A program made the position numbers and the translations under genes. 64,000 bases of DNA, from NCBI GenBank assembly GCA_963717435.1, contig OY970332.1:448001-512000 (forward strand). Direction: 5' to 3'. The notes under the pieces are model-generated. The model searched no databases, had not been told where the DNA came from, and saw nothing but the letters and a program-made list of their open reading frames with translations. The DNA comes from an uncultured bacterium (GTDB lineage Bacteria > Babelota > Babeliae > Babelales > Babelaceae). Positions 1 to 11,925 of this stretch are shown here, one piece after another; the stretch's first letter is position 1; each line of letters begins with the position of its first letter.

Positions 1-139
1 ACGTTCGTTTTAGCTACTATATTTATGTATCACGGCGAACTGACAAAAAAAATATTATGTTCATTTTTACATCTTTTACTTATATCTGGAATAGTTTATC
101 TCATGTTTGTTTGGATGGATTAAATTGGGATCAATACAA

Positions 140-2341
140 ATGAAAAAAATAATATGGGCGTCTTTATTTATTACACTTGAATTAACCTCTTTTTCAACTT
201 TGAAAAGAGCTGAAGAATATGCAAAAAAAAGAGTTGAATATCCCGACAGTGACAACCAAGATTGGACGGACCCCGATTATACTAATTTTATAAAATCCAA
301 TAAACCAGGTTTTTTTAAAAAAATATTAAACTATTTTAAAAAAGAACAAGAATATTGGTCGCCAAAAGATTTCAATAAAAATATAGCTGAATTGACCAAA
401 AAAAATAAAGATTCTGAAAAAACTATATATCTTGAAATAAGTGATAACGAAAAATTTATAATATTTGGAGCGCTAGGTGGCGCATATCACTCTCTTGTAA
501 GAGATCTTAATGAGCTAGAAAGAAAACATATAATAAATAATAAACTTGAAATTATAGAAAAGCATACATATATCATATTTGTGGGTAACGCAGTCGGAAC
601 GTCACCGTATAATATGGAAACTCTGTTTCTTATAACCAACTTAATACAAAAGAATAATGGGAAAGTAATTTATTTGGAGGGACCGCAAGAATATCGGGAA
701 TATTGGGCCGATAAGACTTTTGGAAAAGAACTTGCGATAAAGGGCGTAATGCCGTCCAACAAAAAAGACTCTCTAAAAAATTTAATGAAAGATTATTTTT
801 TAACTTTGCCTAACGCAATTGTTTTAAATCTGCCAAAATCTAAAGAGTCGATAATAATAAGTTTTTTGACAAACCCTGATGAAAAGATTTTTTTGAAAAA
901 CGAAAAAAAATTAAGCCCTAAGTATCCGGTAAAACTAGAATTTCATAGCGACAGCCCAAGAAAAGATTTCCCAGAAGGTGGCGCATTCCTGATTTCTGAT
1001 AAAGATAAAAAAATATTGCAGATAGTTTCTTCTCCAACAAGATCAAATAGATATCTGTATTCTATTTTAAATGACAATTTTGCCATATTGGATATAAAAG
1101 ACGGCAAATATAATTTATTACAGATATGTGGGGAAGATTCATATTTCAAGAAAAATTTTGTCTGCCAAGAAGCAAGCAAGATGCAGGAGATCAAAAAAAA
1201 TGAAAAAATAAGCGAAGAAAAAATATCAAAAAAAGAAGAAACTAAGCAAGCCTATGCGCCGTCAAGCGGTAAAATTCTATTCGGGTCGACGATGGATATA
1301 ACAAAAAGTAATAATATTATAGCGATACCAGTAAAGCAGGGTCTCTCAGTAAAATTAAACAAGCAAAATAGTTCTGGGGGAATAGATAATAAATTAATAC
1401 AAATTATATTTTTGGATGATCAATACACTCCCCAATTGGCCAGAAAAAATATTGAAAAATTAATAAACGAAGATAAAACAAATTTAATAATCGCTCCTGT
1501 AGGATCGCCAACACTTGCTGCCTCTCTAGATTTAATAAAAGATAAAAAGATTTTAGTATTGTTTTCAAATTCTGGATCCCCGTTATTCAGGGCGCCTGAA
1601 CTTACAAACATTGTTCACTTCAGAGTATCTTATGTTGATGAAGCAAAGGCGCTAATAGCGTATATGCAACAAAAATTTTCACCAAAAAGAATCGCCTTCT
1701 TTTACCAAAACGACGAGTATGGCATACCACCTGTTGAATATTCCGCAAAAAGACTTACAGAGATGGGAGTAGATGAAAACAATATTTTGAAGATCCCCTA
1801 CTCAAGAAATGATATTAATATACAGGTTGCCATGAAAAAAATTATTGAGTTTGGGCCGGATGCTATCGGCTTTTATGCGTTGCCGTTTGTTGGCGGGGAA
1901 TTAATCAGACAAATGGGCCCAGGAAGACTGGCAAATATTAAAATGTTCGGGCTTTCCCCGATGGGCGAAGAGGGTTTTAGAAACTTACTCAAAACAAATG
2001 GACTCAAAATGATTATTTCTAACGTTGTTCCAAGTCCAGATTCATCGAAATTAGAAATAATAAAAGATTACCAAAATGATACTAAATCACAGGGGATATT
2101 AAATTATTCCAATATTTATATGCTCGAGGGATATATAGATATGTGCCTAACAATTGAAATATTAAAAAGAATATCAACAACTACTATTGACGCCGAATCT
2201 ATAATGAAAAGCGCAGAAAGTATAAAAAATTTAGAATTTAAGGGATTAACTTTAAACTTTAATCCTGAAAACAATCAATTAAATGACAAATTATGGCTTG
2301 ATACGGGAGATCCTGAATGGATAGAAATAAAAACATCTTAA
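140..2341 (+). CDS. Secreted fusion: degenerate metallophosphoesterase-like N-terminal domain plus LivJ/LivK-like (type I) periplasmic solute-binding domain
   Basis: Signal-peptide-like MKKIIWASLFITL from ATG 140 (ORF track starts at 107). FIIFGALGGAYHSL / IFVGNAVG / LEGPQE occupy the positions of the GDxHG / GDxVD / GNHE motifs. C-half has DDQYTP, APVGSPT, FRVSYVDE, FFYQNDEYG, typical of branched-chain amino acid SBPs. Confidence 0.75.
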   Translation: MKKIIWASLFITLELTSFSTLKRAEEYAKKRVEYPDSDNQDWTDPDYTNFIKSNKPGFFKKILNYFKKEQEYWSPKDFNKNIAELTKKNKDSEKTIYLEISDNEKFIIFGALGGAYHSLVRDLNELERKHIINNKLEIIEKHTYIIFVGNAVGTSPYNMETLFLITNLIQKNNGKVIYLEGPQEYREYWADKTFGKELAIKGVMPSNKKDSLKNLMKDYFLTLPNAIVLNLPKSKESIIISFLTNPDEKIFLKNEKKLSPKYPVKLEFHSDSPRKDFPEGGAFLISDKDKKILQIVSSPTRSNRYLYSILNDNFAILDIKDGKYNLLQICGEDSYFKKNFVCQEASKMQEIKKNEKISEEKISKKEETKQAYAPSSGKILFGSTMDITKSNNIIAIPVKQGLSVKLNKQNSSGGIDNKLIQIIFLDDQYTPQLARKNIEKLINEDKTNLIIAPVGSPTLAASLDLIKDKKILVLFSNSGSPLFRAPELTNIVHFRVSYVDEAKALIAYMQQKFSPKRIAFFYQNDEYGIPPVEYSAKRLTEMGVDENNILKIPYSRNDINIQVAMKKIIEFGPDAIGFYALPFVGGELIRQMGPGRLANIKMFGLSPMGEEGFRNLLKTNGLKMIISNVVPSPDSSKLEIIKDYQNDTKSQGILNYSNIYMLEGYIDMCLTIEILKRISTTTIDAESIMKSAESIKNLEFKGLTLNFNPENNQLNDKLWLDTGDPEWIEIKTS

Positions 2342-4890
2342 AAAATTTATTTTTTTTGCCTGTTATTTTAATTTTACTACTTACAAATAAAGATAGCTTT
2401 GGATTTAAAACTATAAGTCAGGCCGAAAAATATGCCGGAAGTATAGAAGAGTTTCCCAAGCCAGATTCTGATGACTTGGTTAATCCAACATACAAAGATT
2501 TTTATGGAATGCAAACTTTAAAAAACGTTATGGGAATGCTCCCTAAATGGATGAGCAGTTTTGCAAAAAATTATATCTTACCAAAAAAACTATGGTACCC
2601 GGATGACTTTCTTGATGCGTTGCATAAAGCAACTTTCCAAAGAGAGTTAGAGGGTCTAAAACCTAACTACATAGTAAAATTCACAGCCACGCCAGAAGAT
2701 AGATTTTATATTTTTGGGCCGATTGCTGGATCATTTCATTCGTTGGTGCGGGATCTTAAAGAACTTAAAAAATTAAAAGTTTTAGATGAGTCTTTAAATA
2801 TAATCGATAAAAACAGTAAAATAATTTTTAATGGTAACGTGGTTAATGGTGCCCCATATGTGGCAGAGACCTTAAATTTGATTCTTGATTTGCTAAACAA
2901 AAACCCCCAAAATGTTTTTTACAATTTAGGGCGCGACGAATACGAAGATGACTGGATGAATTCTGATCTCAATGATGAGGTAAGAACGATTCGATCAACG
3001 GTACATCCAGAATTCGATATAATAAGAAATGCAATTTCCAGATTCTTTAAAACTTTGTCTTTGGGGATTTTTATTAACAACTCCCATGAAGAGAATAATT
3101 TTATAAGAGTCTCATATTTTGGCAGAAGTATGGAAAAACTCTCAGAAGAAAACTATCCGGATCTTTTGAAGAAAAAAGTTGCACCGGGCGAATACAAGAT
3201 TATAAAGTATTCTGAAAAAGAAAAACTTTCAGATAAAGTTAAGATTGCTGCAATAATAAAAAGCGATGAAAGACTAAACAAAGTAAATGCTAGCAATGGC
3301 ATGTATATTATGGAATCTGAAGGCGGAGCAACATCATGGGCCGTACTATCTTCTCCAAATCTGAGCTACAAAAAACTTTATCAGTTTAATTATGACGCAT
3401 TTGCAATATTAAGCGTGAAAAATGTTATATCTGAAAGTGTTATTACACTGGTGCACCAAGATGTAAGAATAACAAAGGGATTTGATCAAGATCATAATTT
3501 TAATATTCTCTCTGGACAAGAATTCAAAGAAACAACAAGCACAGAGATTAAACTTAAACCATCAATAATTTTGGGAAGTACATTAGCGTTAAGCAAAAGT
3601 ATTGCAACAATGGGCTCTGCTGTTAAAGCCGGCCTGTCGCTAAAAGAAAATCTAATAAATAAATTGGGCGGAATTAACGGCCAACAGATAGAAATAATAT
3701 TTGAAGACGACGCTTATACGCCAGATATAGCGCTGCATAACGTTAAAAAATTCATCGAAGAGTATCACACAAGTACAATAATAACGCCTATCGGGACACC
3801 GACTCTTGAGGCTTGCCTGGACATGATTAAAAAGCATGAAATCTTGGCACTTTTCCCAATCACCGGAGCTTCGATATTTAGAGATAAAAATTTAAAAAAT
3901 ATAATTAATTATAGAGCATCATATACGCAAGAAGTTAGAGCCATGATCAAGTATATTACTAGTCAAAGCTCAGCAAAAAGATTTGCTTTCTTCTATCAAA
4001 ATGACGCTTATGGTCTTGGGCCTCTAGAAGCTGCCAAAATTACGCTCAGCAAAATGGGACTAACAGATTGGGTCGATATCCCTTATACCAGAAACGAGTT
4101 TAATATAGAGTCTGCGGTTGCAAAAATAAAAGAAACAAAACCCGACGCTATAGCTCTGTTCTCAACGGGTGTTGCAACATCTGAGTTAATTAGAAGACTG
4201 GGATCAGAAAATCTTACGACAAAAGTATTGTTTACAATATCTTTTGCCGCAGATAATGCATTTAAAAGTTTTGCAAGATCAAAGGGCGTTAATATTATAT
4301 TCGCCCATGTTGTTCCTAACCCTGAAGAAAGCGATATCCCATTGGTTAAAGAATATAGAGAAGGGATTAAGAAAACTGGGGCCTTAACCAGCACATTCTC
4401 GTTAGAAAGTTATATTGCTATGAGCATATTTGCCCATGCCGCAGAAAAAATCAGCAAGAGTAATAATAAAATAACTAAAGAAAATATGATCACAGCGCTT
4501 GAAAGTATAAAAGATCTGGATCTTGATGGAATCAAATTAAACTTCGATCCTGAAAGCAGAGAACTTTCACAAACTGTTTGGCTGGATACTGGAGCATCTG
4601 AATGGTTAAAATTTGATAAATCTGATCTTCGGGATTTAGCAGAAACTGCAACGCCACAAATTACTCCGACCAAGCAAGATTTAACAGCTACAAATACAGC
4701 AACCCGAGACTTGGTTAAAACAGCGACAAAAAATGTAGCAAAACAAGATCTGGTTAAAACTGGCACGTTAACTAATTTAAAACAAACAACAACTATAATT
4801 ACTGCAACTGCCGCACAAGTTAAAGATCAAATTAACACAGGAACTTTGAAGCAAATTAAACAAGCTGATTTAAAGACAACAAAAACCTAA
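2317..4890 (+). CDS. Paralogue of the upstream gene (degenerate metallophosphoesterase-like + LivJ-like SBP) with a Thr/Ala/Lys-rich C-terminal tail
   Basis: FYIFGPIAGSFHSLVRDL matches FIIFGALGGAYHSLVRDL of the upstream gene. SBP motifs EDDAYTP, YRASYTQE, FFYQNDAYG. Shared end motif WLDTG. Tail has repeated xDLxxT units. Confidence 0.75.
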   Translation: MDRNKNILKNLFFLPVILILLLTNKDSFGFKTISQAEKYAGSIEEFPKPDSDDLVNPTYKDFYGMQTLKNVMGMLPKWMSSFAKNYILPKKLWYPDDFLDALHKATFQRELEGLKPNYIVKFTATPEDRFYIFGPIAGSFHSLVRDLKELKKLKVLDESLNIIDKNSKIIFNGNVVNGAPYVAETLNLILDLLNKNPQNVFYNLGRDEYEDDWMNSDLNDEVRTIRSTVHPEFDIIRNAISRFFKTLSLGIFINNSHEENNFIRVSYFGRSMEKLSEENYPDLLKKKVAPGEYKIIKYSEKEKLSDKVKIAAIIKSDERLNKVNASNGMYIMESEGGATSWAVLSSPNLSYKKLYQFNYDAFAILSVKNVISESVITLVHQDVRITKGFDQDHNFNILSGQEFKETTSTEIKLKPSIILGSTLALSKSIATMGSAVKAGLSLKENLINKLGGINGQQIEIIFEDDAYTPDIALHNVKKFIEEYHTSTIITPIGTPTLEACLDMIKKHEILALFPITGASIFRDKNLKNIINYRASYTQEVRAMIKYITSQSSAKRFAFFYQNDAYGLGPLEAAKITLSKMGLTDWVDIPYTRNEFNIESAVAKIKETKPDAIALFSTGVATSELIRRLGSENLTTKVLFTISFAADNAFKSFARSKGVNIIFAHVVPNPEESDIPLVKEYREGIKKTGALTSTFSLESYIAMSIFAHAAEKISKSNNKITKENMITALESIKDLDLDGIKLNFDPESRELSQTVWLDTGASEWLKFDKSDLRDLAETATPQITPTKQDLTATNTATRDLVKTATKNVAKQDLVKTGTLTNLKQTTTIITATAAQVKDQINTGTLKQIKQADLKTTKT

Positions 4891-4904
4891 GATTTTTATT
4901 TCAG

Positions 4905-5058
4905 CCCGCTCGTCCCGAGTGTTTTTTCGCAGAAAAAATGTATCGAGGGATGACGGTTAATATTGCATAATAATTTTATATTTTTATAATCGCAAAAATG
5001 CTCATCCCTCGATACAATCACCTTCACTACGTTTCGGTGATCACTCGGGACGAGCGGG
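4905..5058. repeat. Inverted doublet of the modular palindromic repeat (units 4905-4953 + and 5002-5058 -)
   Basis: Both units read CCCGCTCGTCCCGAGTG-[hairpin]-TGTATCGAGGGATGA. The doublet lies between convergent genes. Confidence 0.9.
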
Positions 5059-5113
5059 ATATAAAATTATTTTTGCTTGTGAAATTTCTTAAAATTTAAA
5101 AACTCAACAGAGC

Positions 5114-6727
5114 TTAAAACAGCTCGTTAACAATTTCCTGCACAGATTTAAGCGCAACCTGGTCTTTTTGCATAGCTTTATAGAACTTTTCGTCATACTC
5201 TCGCGTGCCGACAACAACAGGCATAGCAATAGCATGCCCAAGCAGCATAACCTGCTTTTTTGTGTCCAAACTAGCAAGTATCGTTCTTAAATATTGCGCA
5301 TTAGAAACACCAGTTAATATCGCCTGAATATCTTTTTCGTCACTAAGTTGCGCAATAATTTTTGTCCCGATTTGTGACAATATTTCTGGATCAATTCCCG
5401 ACGGTCTTTGGTCAACAACCAAGAGAGATACATAATATTTTCGCATTTCGCGCGCTATAGTGCCAAATATTGTTTGCCGAGCCGCTTGAGGATTCAAGAA
5501 CTTGTGAGCCTCTTCGATTACTATCATAAGTTTTTTTGGCTCGTCTTGTTTGTTATGTGTGCCCAAGAAATTTTCAGTTTTATTAACATATATAGTGTGA
5601 ATTCTTCTTGTGATTATATTTGCTATAAGCAGATACGTAAAAGTTGAAGAGTAATTCCCAAATTCGACAATTACAGAAATTCCGCGGTCTATATACTCCA
5701 TCATGCGGTCTATTACGTCATCGTGCTTATTATTTGCGTCTGATTCGACTGGACTAAAAAATGGCAGTCTTTCTATGCCCTTTAATTTTCTATATAAAGC
5801 AGAAATAGATTCAGCATGGGCACCAACTTCAGCAGCAAAATCTTTTAATCTGTCGCCCTGTTTCAATAGAACATCTAGCCAATCTTTTTTATATTTTGCA
5901 GAAATTAAATACGCTGCTTCGCAGGCCGTTGGGTGCAAGTTAAGCTCAGAGTGCAATGACGTTATATCATCAACGTGAATCGACCTGTATGACAAATTTA
6001 TTGTAAAATCGGGCATTCCCCCGCGACGTCTTGTTGAAGCTGGATCGAGCGAGAATATAGCAACTTGATCGGGAAACAAAGTTTTTAGGCCTTTTACAAA
6101 ATTTTGCGAGCCCTCTTTTCTTGCTTGCAGGCCATATTCGCTGTGCATATCAAATATCAAGTTAACGGCTTTATTATTTTTAATTAATCCTGCAAGAACT
6201 AGTCTTGTTAAAAAAGTTTTACCTGTACCAGTTTTTCCAAATATGCCGTTGGATCTGTCTGCAAGCGCCTCTAAGTTTAAGCAAACAGGTGTATCCATAT
6301 CGAGTGGACAGCCGATATTAAAATATTTTTTTGAACTATCTGCTTCGTCGCCAAATATTAAAGCAACATCGCGACTATCCGCTTCATGAACTTGTGCAAA
6401 ATGGCTGGGTATGGTTTTAACTGGCATCACATGATTTTTTTCATCAAGCATCAGCATTGGCCTGATCATTGCTGTTGCGTATATATCTTTAATCTTTAAA
6501 GCCTGATTTAGTAAAACTTCAGACTCTGTCGGGGGAAACAGCAAAATATCCGGATGCGTAACTTCTAATTTTAAATCAGTAATTAGCGAAAAAAATCTCT
6601 GCCTGTTACCGATTATCGAAACGAATTTTCCAGTTTTTACGGTCTCAAGATCCACTTGTGGGTTTATTCTCATGATAAACCCTTCAGCCAATGACCCTGC
6701 TATAACTGTGCCGATTATTTTTTTCAC
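5114..6727 (-). CDS. HerA/FtsK-superfamily ATPase (DUF87/HerA-like)
   Basis: N-terminal HAS-barrel-like IGTVIAGS. Walker A GKTGTGKT, IFDMHSEYG, Walker B IVIEEAH, then IAREMRKY and DQRPS. Confidence 0.85.
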   Translation of the reverse strand: MKKIIGTVIAGSLAEGFIMRINPQVDLETVKTGKFVSIIGNRQRFFSLITDLKLEVTHPDILLFPPTESEVLLNQALKIKDIYATAMIRPMLMLDEKNHVMPVKTIPSHFAQVHEADSRDVALIFGDEADSSKKYFNIGCPLDMDTPVCLNLEALADRSNGIFGKTGTGKTFLTRLVLAGLIKNNKAVNLIFDMHSEYGLQARKEGSQNFVKGLKTLFPDQVAIFSLDPASTRRRGGMPDFTINLSYRSIHVDDITSLHSELNLHPTACEAAYLISAKYKKDWLDVLLKQGDRLKDFAAEVGAHAESISALYRKLKGIERLPFFSPVESDANNKHDDVIDRMMEYIDRGISVIVEFGNYSSTFTYLLIANIITRRIHTIYVNKTENFLGTHNKQDEPKKLMIVIEEAHKFLNPQAARQTIFGTIAREMRKYYVSLLVVDQRPSGIDPEILSQIGTKIIAQLSDEKDIQAILTGVSNAQYLRTILASLDTKKQVMLLGHAIAMPVVVGTREYDEKFYKAMQKDQVALKSVQEIVNELF

Positions 6728-6765
6728 ATTAACCCGAATTAAATTGTTAAAATTATTTTAATTAT

Positions 6766-7551
6766 TTATTTTTTATTTTTATTCTTCTTTGCTTGATTTT
6801 TCACTTTTTTTACTAAATCAATTATTTCTTGAGATATCTTTATGCCTTTTTTCAAAAGACCTTTTATATATTTATCGGCAGAAACAAAATGACTTTCCTG
6901 ATCCCAGGTTATTGGATAAGCAGCTACTAGAACTTCATAAAATGAGTGCGGGTCTTTCTTTAAAAGAGCTTTGCAAATTTCAATTTTATTATGCAAAATT
7001 GCATAGGCTAATATTTTCCGCCCATTATCATCGACTTGAGAAAGAGCACATTTATTATCATCTGATGCGTGATTAATAAGAAGAAGTGCAATTTTATCAT
7101 CAATCCCAGACGGCATCGTTGAATAAATGATGTTCAAGTCTCCTCGTATCCCAACTATTGAATACATGTGGGCCGTAATACCTTCTTCTTCTGTAACGCC
7201 TGGCTTTGTTCTCGGATCGTTCATTAACATTTCAACAATTTCAAAATGATTTCCAATCACCGCTTGCATTAATGCAGTTTTACCTGTTGATACAATACGA
7301 CCGTCTTCACCGCGCAATGTATTCTGCCAATTAACATCAACTTTGTCTGATTTTAAAATTATTCTTACAGTATCAATGTCTCCTCTTTGAACTGCATCGA
7401 ATAACTCCCTAGAAACATTTTCATCGTACTCAGGATGTTCCAATTTTTTATTAGCAAGACGCTGCTCTAAAAACCAAGGCTCATACATGCATTTTAAGCC
7501 GTGAGAATTTACTATAATTAAAGATAAAATAATAAAATTTAAATTTTTCAC
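6766..7551 (-). CDS. Secreted ankyrin-repeat protein
   Basis: Signal peptide. Ankyrin-like LFDAVQRGDIDTVRIILK, GKTALMQAV, GRKILAYAI. Confidence 0.8.
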   Translation of the reverse strand: MKNLNFIILSLIIVNSHGLKCMYEPWFLEQRLANKKLEHPEYDENVSRELFDAVQRGDIDTVRIILKSDKVDVNWQNTLRGEDGRIVSTGKTALMQAVIGNHFEIVEMLMNDPRTKPGVTEEEGITAHMYSIVGIRGDLNIIYSTMPSGIDDKIALLLINHASDDNKCALSQVDDNGRKILAYAILHNKIEICKALLKKDPHSFYEVLVAAYPITWDQESHFVSADKYIKGLLKKGIKISQEIIDLVKKVKNQAKKNKNKK

Positions 7552-7563
7552 TGTTTAATCCAT

Positions 7564-7920
7564 TTATTTATTCTTAAATTCTTCTTTAAGTGTCAGCTTT
7601 ACAAACATGCGACAAAAGTCAGCTCTTTTATTTTGTTCAGCAACAAAATAGTTAAATGCATTCCCGTGTCTGAATGCAAAAGTGCTTTCTACGCACTTTT
7701 TATATAAATCTTGGGCAGATTTTAGCTTGGCATTAACAAATTCTTGTCTACTGGCATCTTGGTCGTTGTTTTGCTTAATTTCTTTTAAAGCATCACCACG
7801 TGGGTCGTTCTGCGTTTTTGCCGTTCCAAATATACGTCCGGCAGATCCGCCAAATATTGGCGCAGATTTTAGTGATAAATTGGCAGCTAAAATTAATAGC
7901 CCTAAAAATATTTTTTTCAT
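7564..7920 (-). CDS. Small secreted hypothetical protein
   Basis: MKKIFLGLLILAANLSLKS signal peptide; co-oriented and closely spaced with its neighbours. Confidence 0.7.
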   Translation of the reverse strand: MKKIFLGLLILAANLSLKSAPIFGGSAGRIFGTAKTQNDPRGDALKEIKQNNDQDASRQEFVNAKLKSAQDLYKKCVESTFAFRHGNAFNYFVAEQNKRADFCRMFVKLTLKEEFKNK

Positions 7921-8010
7921 GAGTTAAATCTCTTTTGTAAAGTTAGTTTTTTTATCTTGCTAACATATATTTTAACTCATTAAAATAATTACTGCCACGA
8001 GACGTTTTAA

Positions 8011-9504
8011 CTATAGATAATCTCCCTCTTCTTCCCATTGGTCATACAATCTCCCGAGCAAAGATTTTTCGACTTCCGGCTCGGGCACAAAAGTAACTGC
8101 AGGCGGTCTCCATGATCCTCTGAGCATATTTTTGTTTGGCCAATAAACTCTCAATATAAGCTCGAAATAACCGGCTGGAGCAGGTAACCAGTTTGACTTT
8201 TTGTTGTCCTCTGGTTGATGCCTTTGAATATAAATATCTAAAGAACCATCTCGGTTGTATTTTAAATTGCCGCGATCACCTACTGAATATCTCTTAAGTG
8301 AATTATCCACAAAAAGTAGATTTTTATCATACATGGTTATCGACCAAAATGCTCTGGTGCTTGGAACTTGCAAGCGATCAAAATGTATAACATATCGGCT
8401 ATGCCCCTGCAATAACTTGCCGTTACTACCTACTTTTACAGTCTCGTAAAGCAAATCTTCTGACCTGCTCACCCCTAAATTGTTATACGCATTCACTGCA
8501 CGTTTTAAGTAGTTTGCCTCACTTGGCTGTGCGATCATGCTCCAGCCATTATTTATATTATTTTTTAAGTTAAGCGCGCTATATATTCTGTCTAATGCCA
8601 AACTTGGAACGTCATCCAAGTTTTCTCTTAAAGATGCGCTTAATCTATTAGCATCAAAATCTTGTTTGGGGATTATGCCTATAGGCTCAAAAGATTTCAA
8701 ATAATTAAGATCTTCTCGTGATACCGGATTGCTTTTGAGCAAGTCAGCAAAATAATTAAAAAACTTTAACCCATGAATCCGTTCAACAATATCAACAGGC
8801 AAAGCATTCATGTCTATATTAGGATCGATTTTGTTTTCAACAGGAATATAATCTTTGTTCAAAAAACTTAAAGGCTTTAATGTAAACTGCTTTTGAATTC
8901 TGTTAACCAGTACCAAATCACCTCTTTTATCTTTGGGAAAAAATTTGCCCACCAACCGGACAATATTTGTATGAGATTTTATCATTTTTAAACCAGCCGG
9001 AATATCGCCGCGCCAATTTGGACCAACAAAAATCAAGTCTTGGGATACCGTCCCCATTTCTCTTTTTCCAATTGAAGCAATTAGATTGGTCCAGTTATCA
9101 AAAGCTTCCATCAAATAATATCTGTCTCTTGTATTTGGAACATGCAATATAATAGGCTCCTTTTCAAGATCGAGCCAAGCAGTGGAATATAGAGTATCGG
9201 GTTCCAATTTATTTAACTTATTAAACTTGGGTTTCACAAATTTGGTAGAATGCGCAAACTGATTAATAGGAGCAAAAAATTCTGTGGGAGATGCAACATT
9301 GGTCATAACTTTTTTTGTCACATCCATAAGAACGAGCGGATAAGCAAAAATATACGCTTTTACGCCCAAGCCGCTCACAATCTGTGGTGACAATTCTGCT
9401 TGAGGTTGTTTCTCGCAAAGATCTTGACCGAGCAAATCAAATAATAAACTACTAAATAAAAATATTTTTATTTTAGAAAACTTTAAAGTCATAATTTTTC
9501 CCAA
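8011..9504 (-). CDS. DUF1254/DUF1214 domain protein
   Basis: AYIFAYPLVLM, DTLYSTAWLDL, FWSITMYD, DGSLDIYIQ, NWLPAP and LRVYWP are characteristic of this family. Start probably at an internal Met. Confidence 0.85.
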   Translation of the reverse strand: MGKIMTLKFSKIKIFLFSSLLFDLLGQDLCEKQPQAELSPQIVSGLGVKAYIFAYPLVLMDVTKKVMTNVASPTEFFAPINQFAHSTKFVKPKFNKLNKLEPDTLYSTAWLDLEKEPIILHVPNTRDRYYLMEAFDNWTNLIASIGKREMGTVSQDLIFVGPNWRGDIPAGLKMIKSHTNIVRLVGKFFPKDKRGDLVLVNRIQKQFTLKPLSFLNKDYIPVENKIDPNIDMNALPVDIVERIHGLKFFNYFADLLKSNPVSREDLNYLKSFEPIGIIPKQDFDANRLSASLRENLDDVPSLALDRIYSALNLKNNINNGWSMIAQPSEANYLKRAVNAYNNLGVSRSEDLLYETVKVGSNGKLLQGHSRYVIHFDRLQVPSTRAFWSITMYDKNLLFVDNSLKRYSVGDRGNLKYNRDGSLDIYIQRHQPEDNKKSNWLPAPAGYFELILRVYWPNKNMLRGSWRPPAVTFVPEPEVEKSLLGRLYDQWEEEGDYL

Positions 9505-9591
9505 ATTTTAAAATTATTTTAATAACTTAAGTAATTTAATTAGAGCAATTATGAACTTTTAAAATCAAGATTCTGTAAAATTAAAATTTTT

Positions 9592-9831
9592 TCAGGTCAA
9601 ATATATATTAACTGTTGAACGGCCAATTTCGACAAAGCCAGACACGTTATCGATATTCTCAACTTTTCCGCTGCTTGAAATACAATAAGAAAGCAAAGAT
9701 TGCGGTTTAAGTTCCACTATCGACGGCGCATGGCCAAGTTGAATAACCATACCGCCAACAACGGTCTCGACTTCTACCCATAAAATAAAAACTGTTTTTA
9801 CATCAGAATTACTGATTATATTCAGTTCCAT
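9592..9831 (-). CDS. atpC: ATP synthase F1 epsilon subunit, short form (N-terminal beta domain only)
   Basis: Immediately downstream of atpD. GGMVIQLGHAP matches the GexgILpgHaP motif; SGFVEI also fits. 79 aa. Confidence 0.75.
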   Translation of the reverse strand: MELNIISNSDVKTVFILWVEVETVVGGMVIQLGHAPSIVELKPQSLLSYCISSSGKVENIDNVSGFVEIGRSTVNIYLT

Positions 9832-9834
9832 TTA

Positions 9835-11264
<1,430 letters not shown>

Positions 11265-11414
11265 TTTTTTAATCCTTAAACATAATCTTTCTTTTAATCG
11301 ACCCTAATTTAAGTGAAATAATAAGTCAATTAAAACTGTTTTTTAAGTATATATAAATAGTAAATTAGCTACAAATTCTAATTAATAATAAATAAGATAA
11401 ACTAATTTTTATAG

Positions 11415-11846
11415 TTATCGACAATTTGTGCAGGAATTTTCTCTGCGGCCATGATGCTCATGATGCTTGTGACGTCTCTTTTCTGTCCAACTAGCATCGC
11501 CCGCGCATCTTTTTTCGCAAGAAGTTCTGCACTCAGTAGCTGACATGCCGCTTGTTCTTCTACAATCTCGATAGCACTTTGACGTACAGCTATTTTCAGT
11601 ATTGTAATAACCTAAAGAATATTTATAATCGGGAGCATATTCATAAGTTCCCCAATAAGGCGCGTAAGCGTAATTTGGATAACCCCAACCATACCAGCAA
11701 CTAGGGTAGCTGCAGTCGTAATAATAACCTATGGGGTAACCGGTGTAATAACCAACTTCTACACCAACGTAAGTTTTGATATTTTCAAATAATAAGCAGC
11801 TAAGTGCTAGAATACCCAAGATACTCAAGATAATTTTATTTTTCAT
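11415..11846 (-). CDS. Secreted Tyr/Cys-rich protein with a CX3CX3C-X10-CX3CX3C motif
   Basis: Probable start MKNKIILSILG at 11846. Tyr/Gly/Pro-rich region, then SCTSKCYRDCRRTSGMSATECRTSCEKRC and a His-rich tail. Confidence 0.7.
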   Translation of the reverse strand: MKNKIILSILGILALSCLLFENIKTYVGVEVGYYTGYPIGYYYDCSYPSCWYGWGYPNYAYAPYWGTYEYAPDYKYSLGYYNTENSCTSKCYRDCRRTSGMSATECRTSCEKRCAGDASWTEKRRHKHHEHHGRRENSCTNCR

Positions 11847-11885
11847 GACTTGCCCCCAAAACTTGTAATACAAAAACTTTGTAAC

Positions 11886-11912
11886 CTGTGGCGGGTTTTT
11901 ACGCCGCCACAG
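11886..11912 (-). terminator. GC-rich hairpin between the two Cys-motif genes (terminator or stability element)
   Basis: CTGTGGCGG...CCGCCACAG 9-bp inverted repeat just after the stop at 11926. Confidence 0.5.
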
Positions 11913-11925
11913 ACTTTAATACCAA

